DNA of 64,000 bases from an uncultured Solirubrobacterales bacterium (GTDB taxonomy: Bacteria > Actinomycetota > Thermoleophilia > Solirubrobacterales > 70-9), in contig CAWAKV010000007.1 in assembly GCA_963782685.1 (NCBI GenBank), positions 25,558 to 89,557 of the forward strand, in the 5' to 3' direction. The position numbers and the translations under genes are program-made. This document shows positions 32,191 to 42,283 of the stretch, piece by piece. Under the pieces are notes generated by a model that saw only the letters and a list, made by a program, of their open reading frames with translations, made no database searches and was not told where the DNA came from. Position 1 is the first letter of the stretch. The number at the start of each line of letters is the position of its first letter.

Positions 32191-32227
32191 GAGGGCAGGG
32201 CAGCTCCGCTGGAGCTGCCCTGCCCTC
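32191..32227 (-). terminator. perfect 17-bp GC-rich hairpin 3 nt after the pheA stop (no U-tract)
   Basis: GAGGGCAGGGCAGCTCC (32191-32207) - GCT - GGAGCTGCCCTGCCCTC (32211-32227). Confidence 0.45.
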
Positions 32228-32230
32228 ACG

Positions 32231-33068
32231 TCAACCAACCGGGTAGGAACCTAGGATCCGCACGGACTCGGCCTTTTCGCCCAGCGCCGCAAGCGCCTCC
32301 GAGATAGCTGGATCGTCGATCGCCGCCTTCGAGGTCGCAGAAGAACATGTAGCGGCCGAGGCCCTGCCGCAGCGGCCGCGACTCGATCCGGCTCAGGTTG
32401 ACGCCACGGCTGGAGAACTCCTGGAGGGCATCGACCAGTGCGCCCGGGTGGTCGGCCCCGAGCTCGGAGAAGACGAGCGAGGTTCGCCATGGGCCGCCGC
32501 CCTCCGGCGCGGTGTCGGCGGGGGCGATCCAGACGAAGCGGGTGACGTTGTCGGCGTCGTCCTCGATGCTCTCGCGCAGGACCGTGCAGCCGTAGAGGTC
32601 GGCCGCGGCCCGCGCGCCGATCGCCGCCCAGGGTCGCACCGACTCGCCGACCATGCGCACCGCCTCGGCGGTGCTGCTGACGCTGCGCCGTTCGACCCCC
32701 GGCAGGTGCTCGCGCAGGAAGCCGGCGCACTGGGCCAGCGGCTGAGGGTGCGAGAGGATCGCCGAGACCTGCTCCAGCTCGACTCCCTCGCGGGCGATCA
32801 GGTGGGCGTGCACGCGGAAGTCGTGCTCGCCGACGATCGTCACCGCCTCGGTGTCGAAGGCCAACGTGTCGAGCGTGCTCCGCACCGACCCCTCGATCGA
32901 GTTCTCGAACGGCACCAGCGCCCGCTCCGCCTCGCCCCGCTCGACCGCCAAGATCGCGTCGTGGACCGTCGGCATCCGCAAAGCCTCGATCTCCTTACCC
33001 GCAGGAAGCGCCTCCCGCAGCGCGTCTTCGGTGAAGGTACCTGCTGGTCCTAGGAAGGAGATTTTCAT
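32231..33068 (-). CDS. pheA: prephenate dehydratase; one frame break
   Basis: MKISFLGPAGTFTEDA.., ..TRFVWIA.., ACT domain ..GALVDALQEFSSRGVNLSRIESRP... Removing a surplus base near 32323 restores ..YMFFCDLEGAIDDPAISEALAALGEKAESVRILGSYPVG* (TGA 32231-32233). Confidence 0.85.
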
Positions 33069-33095
33069 CGGCTAAGGGCGAGCCCCGCCCGCCAA

Positions 33096-34137
33096 CTATT
33101 CGAAGACGACCGTGTAGCTGGCTTCGTTGTTTTCCGACACTTCCTCGCCCGGCACCGGTTCGGCCACGACTTCCAGCGTCACTTCGCCTTTCGGCGCCGG
33201 CGTCAGCGGGATCGTCACCGTTTCGGTCGCCCCGGCTTCGATGCTGCTGATCTCTCCCTGCAGGGTCTGGCCGTCGACGGTGACCGAGACGGTGATGCCG
33301 TTCTCGGTCGATTCGCCCTGGTTCTGCACTTGGACTTCGACTTCGGGCGTTTCTTCCGACACCACCGAGGTCGCTTCCTTCCGGCGTCAGTTCGGTGCCG
33401 TTGATGCTGGTCGCCGAGCAGGCCGAGGCCGTGGACGCCGGGCGTCGTGCCCGCGGTGGCGCCGCTGACCGAGCCCAGGGCGCTGCTGATTTCGGCTTCG
33501 TCGAGCCACCTGGTGCCGTCGGGGACGAAGACGCTCTCCGGCACGTCCTCGCCGTCGATCCCGTTGTCGGCCAGAACGGCGTCGACTTCGGGGCGGACGA
33601 CCGAGGCGTAGATGACGTCGCTCGCCGCCAGCACGCTCATCTGCTTGGCGATCGCTTCGGTCGCTTTCTCCGAGCCGACGTCGCCCAGCGCGGTGCTCAT
33701 CTTTTCGGCGATCGTCGGCCATCGCGCGCCGCGCAGCTCGTAGACCAGCTCCAGCGCTGTCCTGCGCGTTGCTCATGTCGCCGGGGGTGTCGAGCCCGTC
33801 GATCCGCGATCACGTAGTTGTCCATCGCGCTGCGGTCGGCGTTGACCTCGGCGACGAAGTCGGTGACCGAGAGTTCGCCGGGGTCATCGAGCTTGCCGAA
33901 GAACGATTTGCTCGTCTGGTCGGTCTCTTCGACGATCTGGGTGACGTTCTGGGCGTAGTCGCTGAGCGCGCGCTCCTTGCGCGCGTTGAGGCAGCCACGT
34001 ACGCCGAGCACGAGCAGGATCAGGATCAGCAGGCCGACGCCGAGCGCCAGACCGCGCCGCAGCAGGATCTGCTGCCGTTCGGGACGACGTGGCGGGCGCG
34101 GTCGGCGCCCCTGCCGGGATGCGAGCGAATCCTCCAA
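33096..34137 (-). CDS. membrane-anchored protein with C-terminal CARDB-like domain; several frame breaks
   Basis: Basic N-terminus + TM (..LALGVGLLILILLVLGV..). C-terminal ORF 33096..33365 (..VEVQVQNQGESTENGITVSVTVDGQTL..AGATETVTIPL..VSENNEASYTVVFE) resembles CARDB. The middle needs about four frame steps (33370-33800). Confidence 0.5.
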
Positions 34138-34193
34138 GTAGCAGGGAGTATGTCGCAGGAGGAAGCGGAATCGCGGCGAAGCTCGAAGTGAGT

Positions 34194-35113
34194 ATGGTCG
34201 GCTCCCTCGTCCTCAACCGCTTCCTGATCGAGCGCCGCATCGGCAGCGGCGGCTTCGGCGTCGTCTACGAGGCCTGGGACGGCCGCCTCGAGCGCACGGT
34301 CGCGGTCAAGGCGATCGAGTCGCGCGGCGAGTCAGGCCGCAGGGTGCTGCGCGAGGCGCAGGCGGCGGCGCGGCTCAACCACCCCGGCATCGTCACCCTC
34401 TACGAGATGGGCGAGGAGGACGGCAACGCCCTGCTGGTCACCGAGCTGGTCGAGGGCTCGACCCTGGCCCGCCTCAGCCGCGACGGCGCGCTCAGCGACC
34501 GCGAGATCGGCGAGATCGGCGCCGACCTCTGCGAGGCGCTCGACCACGCCCACTCGCGCGGCGTCGTCCACCGCGACATCAAGCCGCAGAACGTCCTCGT
34601 CGCCCCCGAGGGAGAGTTCCGCGCCAAGCTGATGGACTTCGGCGTCGCCCGCCTCGCCGACGGCGCCGCGCTGACCGCGCCCGGCGACGTCGTCGGCACC
34701 CTCGCCTACATGTCGCCCGAGCAGGCCGAGGGCCAGGCCGTCGGCCCCGAGGCCGACGTCTACTCGCTGGCGCTGATGCTCTACGAGTGCTGGGGCGGCG
34801 AGAACCCCAACCGCCGCGCGACCCCGGCGGCGACGGCACGGGCGATCGGCGGCCGGCCCCGCTCGCTGCGCCGGCTGCGCCCGGATCTGCCGCGCGAGCT
34901 CAGCGACACGATCGACGCCGCGCTCCAGCCCCGGCCCGCACGCCGGCCCGCCCTGGAGGAGCTGGGCAGCGCGATCGAGGACTCGCTCGACCTGCTCGCC
35001 GACGAGCCTTCCGCCGCGCGCGTACGTCGCTCAGGCTGCGGCTCGGCGCCCTGGCCGCCGCCGCGGCGCTGGGCGCCTGGCTCGCGCTCGGCCACGGGGC
35101 CTTCCTGCCCTAA
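34194..35113 (+). CDS. Ser/Thr protein kinase with C-terminal TM tail; one frame break
   Basis: ..IGSGGFGVVYEA..VAVKAI.., HRDIKPQNVLV, DFGVA, ..GTLAYMSPEQ... A break near 35030 joins to ..LRLRLGALAAAAALGAWLALGHGAFLP* (TAA 35111-35113). Confidence 0.8.
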
Positions 35114-35147
35114 CCCGCATCAGACCTCCGATCTCTAGGATTTCCCG

Positions 35148-35914
35148 ATCAGCGTCCTACGCAACCTCGAGAGTCGGATCGAAGGCCTCGTCGAGGGGGT
35201 CTTCAGCCGCGCCTTCAGCTCCGAGGTGCAGCCGGTCGAGCTCGCCCGCAAGCTGGCCAAGGAGATGGACGCGCACAAGACCGCCGGCGTGGCCCGCGTC
35301 TACGTGCCCAACGAGTACACGGTCTACCTCTCGGGCAAGGACCGCACGCGGCTCGAGGGCTACGAGCGCTCGCTCGAGCAGGAGCTCTCCGGCTACCTGC
35401 TGGAGCACGCCCGGCGGCGCAGCTACGACCTGCTGACCCGCCCGACGGTCGACTTCGAGACCGACGAGCGGCTGCGCCTGGGCGAGTTCGGCATCCAGAC
35501 GCGCCTGGTCAAGCCGCCCGCCCACGAGGGCGAGGCGCCCAGCCAGGGCGAGGAGGGTCACACGATGGTCTACTCGGCCGTGCGCGAGGCACCGGCGGCC
35601 GAGGCCCCATCGCCAGCGGGCGGCTCCGCGCCCGCGCGCGATCGTCATCCTCGACGACCGCCGCTACGTGCTCGACGGCGACCGCGGCGACGATCGGCCG
35701 CTCGAAGGACGCCGACTGCGTGCTCCGCGACCCCAACGTCTCCCGCCACCACGCCGAGCTGCGCCGCTCGGCCAGCGGCGAGTGGACGATCGCCGACCTC
35801 GGCTCGACCAACGGGATCAAGGTCAACGGCCGGCGCGTCGGCTCGACCCGGCTCGAGCCCGGCGACCAGGTCACGCTGGGCACGACGACCTTCCGGTTCG
35901 ACGTCGAGCAGTAG
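35148..35914 (+). CDS. fhaA: FhaA-like protein (DUF3662 + FHA domain); frame break
   Basis: ..SVLRNLESRIEGLVEGVFSRAFSSEVQPVELARKLAKEMD.. then the FHA end ..GRSKDADCVLRDPNVSRHHAELRR..WTIADLGSTNGIKVNGRRV..TTFRFDVEQ*. Break near 35640. No canonical start codon at the N-terminus, so the start is approximate. Confidence 0.75.
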
Positions 35915-35945
35915 CGCCTGAGTCTGGCTCTAGTGTGCTGAGCGC

Positions 35946-36421
35946 GTGGACTACGACCCGATCTCCGTCGCACTGAAGTTCGGCTTCCTCGCCGTCCTCT
36001 ACCTCTTCCTGCTCTGGATCGCGCGCAGCGCGCTGAAGGACCTGCGCGGCACGGTCGCGCCGGCGCCGGACGCGACCGGCTTCCACCCGGTGCCGGCCTT
36101 CGAGGCGCGCACCGGCAGGCGGCGACGCCTGGCTGGTGGCGCTGCGCGGCGGCGGCCTCGCGAGGGCGAGCGCTTCGACCTGATCGGCGGCCTCTCGATC
36201 GGCCGCTCGCAGGAGGCCGACCTGCGGATCGAGGACCGCTACGCCTCCGGCCTTGCACGCGAGGATCTTCTCGCGTGAGGGGCGCGCCTACGTCGAAGAC
36301 ATGAGCTCGACCAACGGCACCCTGCTCAACGACGCCGACCCTGCACGGCGAGGCGGAGCTGATCGACGGCGACGTGGTGCGGATCGGCGACACCGAGTTC
36401 AGGTTCGAGGCGGGTGCCTGA
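35946..36421 (+). CDS. fhaB: FhaB/FipA-like membrane FHA protein; about three frame breaks
   Basis: MDYDPISVALKFGFLAVLYLFLLWIARSAL.. then ..FDLIGGLSIGRSQEADLRIEDRYASG / HARIFSREGRAYVEDMSSTNGTLLN / LHGEAELIDGDVVRIGDTEFRFEAGA* (TGA 36419-36421). Confidence 0.7.
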
Positions 36422-37604
36422 GTGCTGCGGGTCGACGACCAGGCCTTCCGCACCGACACCGGGCCGCCAGCGCAGCGAGAACGAGGACTCGCTCTTCGTC
36501 CGCGCGCCGATCTTCGTCGTCGCCGACGGCATGGGCGGCGCCCAGGCGGGCGAGGTCGCCTCGAAGGCCGCCGCCGACGCCTTCGACCGCGACCTGCCGG
36601 CGGGACCACCCGAGCACTTCCTGCGCGAGACGATCGAGGCCGCCAACCGCCGCATCCACGAGCTCGCCCGGGCCGACCCCTCGCGCGCCGGCATGGGCAC
36701 GACGATCACCGCGGCGATCGTCGACGCGCAGAGGGAAGAGGTCGGCATCGGCCACGTCGGCGACAGCCGCGCCTACCGCCTGCGCCGCGGCAAGCTCGAG
36801 CGCCTCACCCGCGACCACTCGCTGGTCGAGGAGATGCGGCGCAAGGGGCAGATCACCGACGCCCAGGCCGAGGACCATCCGCAGCGCTCGATCATCACCC
36901 GCGCGCTCGGCCCCGAGCCCGAGGTCGAGGTCGACGTGCAGACCGTCCCCGCGGCCCCGGGCGACGTCTTCCTGCTCTGCTCCGACGGGCTGACGACGAT
37001 GGTCGGCGAGGAGCGGATCGCCGCTGTCCTCGGCTCGGCCGGCTCGATGCGCGAGGCGGTGCGCACCCTGGTCGACGAGGCCAACGGCGCCGGCGGGCGC
37101 GACAACATCACCGCGCTCGCCTTCCGCCTCGGGGACGCGGCCGCGCCCCAGGGCGAGCGCCCCGAGGACGCGACCCTGGTCGGCGCCGCGGCCGAGGAGG
37201 CGGGGCTGACCGCGACCGAGGTGCGCCGCCGCGCCGCCGCCGCCGCAGCGCAGGAGCGCCGCGAGAAGCTCGCGGCAAAGGCGCCGCGCCGCGGCCTGCG
37301 CACCGCGGCAAAGGTGCTCGCCGTGGCCGCGATCCTCGCTGCCGTCGCCTTCGGCGCCTGGTACGGCAACCGCCAGGTCTGGTTCCTCGGCACCGACGAC
37401 AGCGGCCGTGTCGCGCTCTACCGCGGCCTGCCCTACGAGTTCCCCTTCGGCGTCGAGCTCTACGAGGAGCGCTACGCCAGCCCGGTGCAGACCGTCGCGC
37501 TCAACCAGCAGCGGCGCGAGGCGGTCACCGGCCACGACATCCGCTCGCGCGCCGACGCCGTCTCGCTGATCGAAGACATCGAACGCAGCCAGGGGGTTCC
37601 TTGA
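36422..37604 (+). CDS. pstP: PP2C-family Ser/Thr phosphatase with C-terminal TM/extracellular part; early frame break
   Basis: GTG 36422; ..NEDSLFVRAPIFVVADGMGGAQAGEVAS.., ..GTTITAAIV.., ..LLCSDGLT.., ..GGRDNITALAFR... Break near 36465 between ORF 36422..38929 and ORF 36414..37604. Confidence 0.85.
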
Positions 37605-38929
37605 GGTCGGCCCGCAACCGGGAGCTCGTCGCCCTGATCCCGGTCGCGCTGCTGCTCAGCGCCGGCTTCGCCGCGGTCTTCGCCCAGGAGAACACCCGCC
37701 TCGGCGACGCCAGCCTGGTCTACGGCGCCTACTTCCTCGCCGTCTGCCTCGCCACCCACGTCTACCTGCGCCTGCGCCTTCCCAACGCCGACCCCTACCT
37801 CTTCCCCCTGGTCGCCCTGCTGACCGCCTTCGGCCTGGTGATGATCTACCGCATCGACGAGGGCCTCGCCCGCGACCAGGCCAACTGGTTCGTCCTCGGA
37901 CTCGTCCTCTTCGCCCTGACGATCCACTTCCTGCGCGAGTACGACGTGCTCGAGCGCTACCGCTACACGATCGCCGGAGTCGGGCTGCTGCTGCTGCTGG
38001 CGCCGCGGCTGCCGGGGATCGGCCAGCAGGTCAACGGCGCCTACCTCGGGGTCAAGCTCGGCCCGCTCGCCTTCCAGCCGGCCGAGTTCTCGAAGATCTG
38101 CATCGTCGTCTTCCTCGCCAGCTACCTGCGCGAGCACCGCGAGGTGCTGATCGTCGGCGCCCGCCGCGTGCTCGGGGTGACCCTGCCGCCGCTGAAGCAC
38201 CTCGGGCCGCTGCTGGTCGTCTGGGGGGCGTCGATGTTCATGCTCGTCTTCATCCGCGACCTGGGCAGCTCGCTGATGTTCTTCGCCGCCTTCCTCGCCC
38301 TGCTCTACGTGGCGACGGGGCGCTTCTCTTTCGTCGTCATCGGCATGGCGATGTTCCTGCTCGGCGCCTGGTTCTTCGCCTCGACCGTGCCCCACGTCCA
38401 CGACCGGATCGAGATCTGGCTCGACCCCTACAAGGATCCGAGCGAAAGCGGGTACCAGATCCTGCAATCGATCTTCGCCCAGGCCGACGGTGGCCTCTTC
38501 GGTCAGGGCTTCGGCCAGGCGCTGATCACGATCCCCGGCACCGACAAGGCGCTGCTGCCGGCGGCGCAGACCGACACGATCTACTCGCTGATCGTCAACG
38601 AGGTCGGCCTCTTCGGCGCCTGCGCGGTGATCCTGATCTACCTGCTGATCGCGGCGCGCGGCTTCAAGATCGCCCTGCTCGCCGACGACGGCTTCTCCAA
38701 GCTGCTGGCGACCGGGCTCACCGCGGTCTTCGCGATTCAGGCCTTCGTCATCATCGGCGGCGTGACGCGGGTGATCCCGCTGACCGGCGTCACCCTGCCC
38801 TTCATCAGCTACGGCGGCAGCTCGATCGTCGCCAACTTCGTCCTCCTGGCCTTGCTGTTGCTGATCTCCGACCGCGCCCGGCGTGAGGCCGCGAGGCCGC
38901 GAGGCGCCTTCGCCCTCGAGGGGACGTGA
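37601..38929 (+). CDS. rodA: FtsW/RodA/SpoVE-family peptidoglycan glycosyltransferase
   Basis: TTG 37601 overlaps the pstP stop (TTGA); ..FQPAEFSKI.., ..DLGSSLMFF.., ..AQTDTIYSLIVNEVG.., ..TGVTLPFISYGGSS... Intact (tail of composite ORF 36422..38929). Confidence 0.85.
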   Translation: MRSARNRELVALIPVALLLSAGFAAVFAQENTRLGDASLVYGAYFLAVCLATHVYLRLRLPNADPYLFPLVALLTAFGLVMIYRIDEGLARDQANWFVLGLVLFALTIHFLREYDVLERYRYTIAGVGLLLLLAPRLPGIGQQVNGAYLGVKLGPLAFQPAEFSKICIVVFLASYLREHREVLIVGARRVLGVTLPPLKHLGPLLVVWGASMFMLVFIRDLGSSLMFFAAFLALLYVATGRFSFVVIGMAMFLLGAWFFASTVPHVHDRIEIWLDPYKDPSESGYQILQSIFAQADGGLFGQGFGQALITIPGTDKALLPAAQTDTIYSLIVNEVGLFGACAVILIYLLIAARGFKIALLADDGFSKLLATGLTAVFAIQAFVIIGGVTRVIPLTGVTLPFISYGGSSIVANFVLLALLLLISDRARREAARPRGAFALEGT

Positions 38930-38933
38930 CGCG

Positions 38934-40394
38934 GTGAACCGCCAGATCGTCAAGCTCTTCGGCCTGATCGTCGTCCTCTTCGCCGTGCTGATCGCCTTCA
39001 CGTCTTGGTGGTCGGTCTTCGACGCGGAGGCGCTGAAGGAGAAGCGGGCCAACGCACGGCCGCTGCTGGAGCAGCAGCAGATCGAGCGCGGCCGGATCCT
39101 CGCCGCCGACGGCACGGTCCTGGCCCGCTCGGTGGCGAAGGGACGCGGCGACGCGCTGCGCTACGTGCGCCGCTACCCCGAGGGGGGGCTGTACGGTCAC
39201 CCGATCGGCTACAGCTTCGTCCGCCAGGGGGACAGCGAGTTCGAGAAGTACCACAACGACGAGCTGATCGGCGAGGACTCCGAGTTCGTCTCGATCCTCG
39301 ACGAGCTGCGCGGGCGGCGACAGGAGGGCAACGACATCGTCACCAGCATCGACGCAGAGGCACAAGCGGTGGCGCTCGCCGACCTCGAAGCCGCCGGCTT
39401 CGGTGCTGTCGTCGCGATCGAGCCGAGCACGGGACGGGTGCGGGTGATGGCGTCGAACCCGCCCTACGATCCCAACCGGGTGCCGGAGCATTCCACCGAG
39501 CTCAACCGGGACCCAACCTCGCCGCTGCTCAATCGCGCCACCCAGGGTCAGTACCCGCCGGGCTCGACCTTCAAGGTGGTGACCGCCGCCGCCGGGCTCG
39601 ACAGCGGCGCGATCACGCCGGAAACGACGATCGACGCCCCCGGCACGATCGAAGTGCAGGGGCAGCCGCTCTCCAACGACTTCAATCAGGACTTCGGTCC
39701 GATCGCGCTCGACACCGCGCTGACCAACTCGGTCAATACCTGGTTCGCGCAGCTCGGCGAGCAGCTCGGCGCCGAAACGATGTTCGAGTACATGGACGCC
39801 TTCGGCTTCGGCTCCACGCCAGCGATCGACCTGCCCGAGGACCAGGTCTACACCAGCGGCGTGTTCGAGGAAAGCGAGCTGCTCGGCCGGGACGACCCGG
39901 TCGACATCGCCCGCGTCGCCTTCGGCCAGGAGCGGCTGCTGGTGACGCCGCTGCAGATGGCCGAGGTTGCCGCGGCGGTCGCCAACGACGGCCGCCTGAT
40001 GAAGCCCCAGATCTGGAGCCGCGTCGTCGATCCGGACGGGCGCGTAACCGAGCGCCTCGATCCGTCCCAGTACAGCCAGCCGATCGACGAGCAGACCGCG
40101 GCCGAGCTGACCACGGCGATGGAAGGGGTGGTCAGCGAAGGCACCGGCACCAATGCGGCGATTCCCGGCATCGCCGTCGCCGGCAAGACCGGCACGGCGG
40201 AAACGCCGTTCAACGAGACTTGTGGCGGCGGCAGCGACGAGAACCAGGCATGGTTCATCGGCTTCGCCCCGGCCGACGACCCGCAGATCGCGATCGCCGC
40301 GACGGTCGAGTGCACGACCGCGTTCGGCGGCGACGTGGCGGCGCCGATCTTCCGTGACGTCGCCGAAACCATCCTCGAAAACGAAGGGAGCTGA
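38934..40394 (+). CDS. pbpA: penicillin-binding protein (class B transpeptidase, PbpA-like)
   Basis: GTG 38934; TM ..LFGLIVVLFAVLIAF.., active-site STFK (..PPGSTFKVVTAAA..), SVN, KTGTA. Confidence 0.85.
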   Translation: MNRQIVKLFGLIVVLFAVLIAFTSWWSVFDAEALKEKRANARPLLEQQQIERGRILAADGTVLARSVAKGRGDALRYVRRYPEGGLYGHPIGYSFVRQGDSEFEKYHNDELIGEDSEFVSILDELRGRRQEGNDIVTSIDAEAQAVALADLEAAGFGAVVAIEPSTGRVRVMASNPPYDPNRVPEHSTELNRDPTSPLLNRATQGQYPPGSTFKVVTAAAGLDSGAITPETTIDAPGTIEVQGQPLSNDFNQDFGPIALDTALTNSVNTWFAQLGEQLGAETMFEYMDAFGFGSTPAIDLPEDQVYTSGVFEESELLGRDDPVDIARVAFGQERLLVTPLQMAEVAAAVANDGRLMKPQIWSRVVDPDGRVTERLDPSQYSQPIDEQTAAELTTAMEGVVSEGTGTNAAIPGIAVAGKTGTAETPFNETCGGGSDENQAWFIGFAPADDPQIAIAATVECTTAFGGDVAAPIFRDVAETILENEGS

Positions 40395-40396
40395 GA

Positions 40397-42283
40397 GTGT
40401 CGGCTGAAGTCGGCGAGGGAAGCACAATCGACGGGCGCTACCGGCTGCTGCGCCGGATCGGCTCGGGCGGCATGGCGGACGTCTGGCTGGCCGAGGACCC
40501 GCACCTGCAGCGCCGCCTCGCGCTCAAGGTCCTGCACCGTCGCTTCGCCCAGGACCGCGAGTTCGTCGAACGCTTTCGCCGCGAGGCCGAGGCCGCCGCG
40601 GGCCTCTCGCACCCCAACATCGTCGCCGTCTTCGACCGCGGCGACGCCGAGGGCACCTACTACATCGCGATGCAGCTGCTCGAGGGGCGCTCACTGAAGC
40701 AGCTGATCGACCAGGGCATGACGCCGGAGCAGTCGACGGCGATGATTCGCCAGGTGCTCGAGGCGGCCGGCTACGCCCACAAGCACGGCATCGTCCACCG
40801 CGACCTCAAGCCGCAGAACGTCATTGTGGATGACGAGGGGGTGGCGACTGTCACCGACTTCGGCATCGCCCGCGCCGGTGCCTCGGAAATCACCCAGGCG
40901 GGGTCGGTGATGGGCACGCCGCACTACCTCTCGCCCGAGCAGGCCCAGGGCCAGGAGGTGACCGCCGTCTCCGATCTCTACTCGGTCGGCGTGATGCTCT
41001 ATGAGGCGCTCGCCGGGCGGGTGCCCTTCGAGGCCGACTCGGCCGTCGCGATCGCGATGAAACAGGTCTCGCACACGCCGCAGCGGCCGAGCTCGATCAA
41101 CCCCGCCGTCTCGCCGGCGCTCGACGCGGTGGTGATGCGGGCGCTGGAAAAGGACCCCGGGCAGCGTTTCCAGAGCGCCGAGGCTTTCATCACCGCGCTC
41201 GAGACGGCGGGCCGGGAACCCGATGCAAGCGGTGGAACCGCCGCCTTCGCCCCGCTGCCGCCGCCGGTGGTCGGCCCGGACGAGGCGGCGGCAGCCGAGG
41301 GCGACTCCGAGGAGGAGGAACGCCGCCGCCGACGCAGGAGGTGGGCGATCCTCGCTGCGGTCGCGGTGCTGCTCGGCGCCCTGCTCGGCTTCGCTCTTAC
41401 CCGCGACACGACGACCGACGTACCGGGGGTGACCGGGAACCAGCTCGGCGTGGCGATCGCGCTGCTCGAACAGAACGGCTTCAAGATCGGCGACATCGAT
41501 CGCGTCCAGCGCGAAGTCGCGGCCAACACCGTGCTCGAGCAGGATCCGCCGGCGGGCAACGCCTCGCTCGACTGCGCCTTCCTCAGCTTCTTCTGCTCGA
41601 AGCCAAAGGTGGCGCTGACGGTCAGCGCCGGCCCGGGCACCGCCAAGGTGCCGGGCGGCCTCGCTGGCCAGAGTCAGGCGGAGGCGACCGAAGCGGTGGA
41701 GGAAGCGGGCTTCGCCGCCCAGGTCGTCAAGGCAAACTCCGACCAGGTCGAAGCCGGATTGGTGATCCGCTCCACTCCCTCCGGCGGCGCGACCGCTACC
41801 CGCGGCTCGACCGTCGTCCTCACCGTCTCCAAGGGACAGAAGCTGGCCAAAGTGCCGGTCCTGGTCGGCACCCAGCGATCGGTCGCCGTGCAGCAGATCC
41901 GCGGCCGCGGCCTGACGCCCGGCGTCGAAGAAGAGGAAAGCGCCAAGCCGGAAGGTCAGGTGATCCGCCAGTCGCCCAGCGCAGGCTCGGAGCTGCCGCG
42001 CGGCTCGACCGTCTCGATCGTCGTCTCCAAGGGCGAAGAGCAGGCGCAGGTGCCGAACGTGATCGGCAAGGAACGGGCAGAAGCGGTGGAAGCGCTCCGC
42101 GCCGCCGGCCTCGAACCGACCGTGCAGGAAGAAGAAACCGAAGTGCCGCAGCAGATCGGCCGCGTCACCGATCAGTTCCCGCCACCCGGGGCCGAAGTCG
42201 AACCGGGATCGGGAGTGACGGTGATTGTCGGCAAACGCGCGCTCGAAGGCGAAGGCGACGGCGAAGCGGAAGAAGAAGAATGA
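40397..42283 (+). CDS. pknB: Ser/Thr protein kinase PknB with four PASTA repeats
   Basis: Intact 628 aa; ..GSGGMADVWLA..ALKVL.., HRDLKPQNVIV, DFGIA, TM ..WAILAAVAVLLGALLGF.., then four ~65-aa PASTA-like repeats. Confidence 0.9.
   Translation: MSAEVGEGSTIDGRYRLLRRIGSGGMADVWLAEDPHLQRRLALKVLHRRFAQDREFVERFRREAEAAAGLSHPNIVAVFDRGDAEGTYYIAMQLLEGRSLKQLIDQGMTPEQSTAMIRQVLEAAGYAHKHGIVHRDLKPQNVIVDDEGVATVTDFGIARAGASEITQAGSVMGTPHYLSPEQAQGQEVTAVSDLYSVGVMLYEALAGRVPFEADSAVAIAMKQVSHTPQRPSSINPAVSPALDAVVMRALEKDPGQRFQSAEAFITALETAGREPDASGGTAAFAPLPPPVVGPDEAAAAEGDSEEEERRRRRRRWAILAAVAVLLGALLGFALTRDTTTDVPGVTGNQLGVAIALLEQNGFKIGDIDRVQREVAANTVLEQDPPAGNASLDCAFLSFFCSKPKVALTVSAGPGTAKVPGGLAGQSQAEATEAVEEAGFAAQVVKANSDQVEAGLVIRSTPSGGATATRGSTVVLTVSKGQKLAKVPVLVGTQRSVAVQQIRGRGLTPGVEEEESAKPEGQVIRQSPSAGSELPRGSTVSIVVSKGEEQAQVPNVIGKERAEAVEALRAAGLEPTVQEEETEVPQQIGRVTDQFPPPGAEVEPGSGVTVIVGKRALEGEGDGEAEEEE

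Noticed and set aside
36422-38929. 835-aa ORF suggesting a phosphatase-RodA fusion
   Set aside because: The first ~390 aa are the out-of-frame reading of pstP (Arg/Pro/Gly-rich). The real PP2C sequence is in ORF 36414..37604, and RodA starts at TTG 37601, overlapping its stop.
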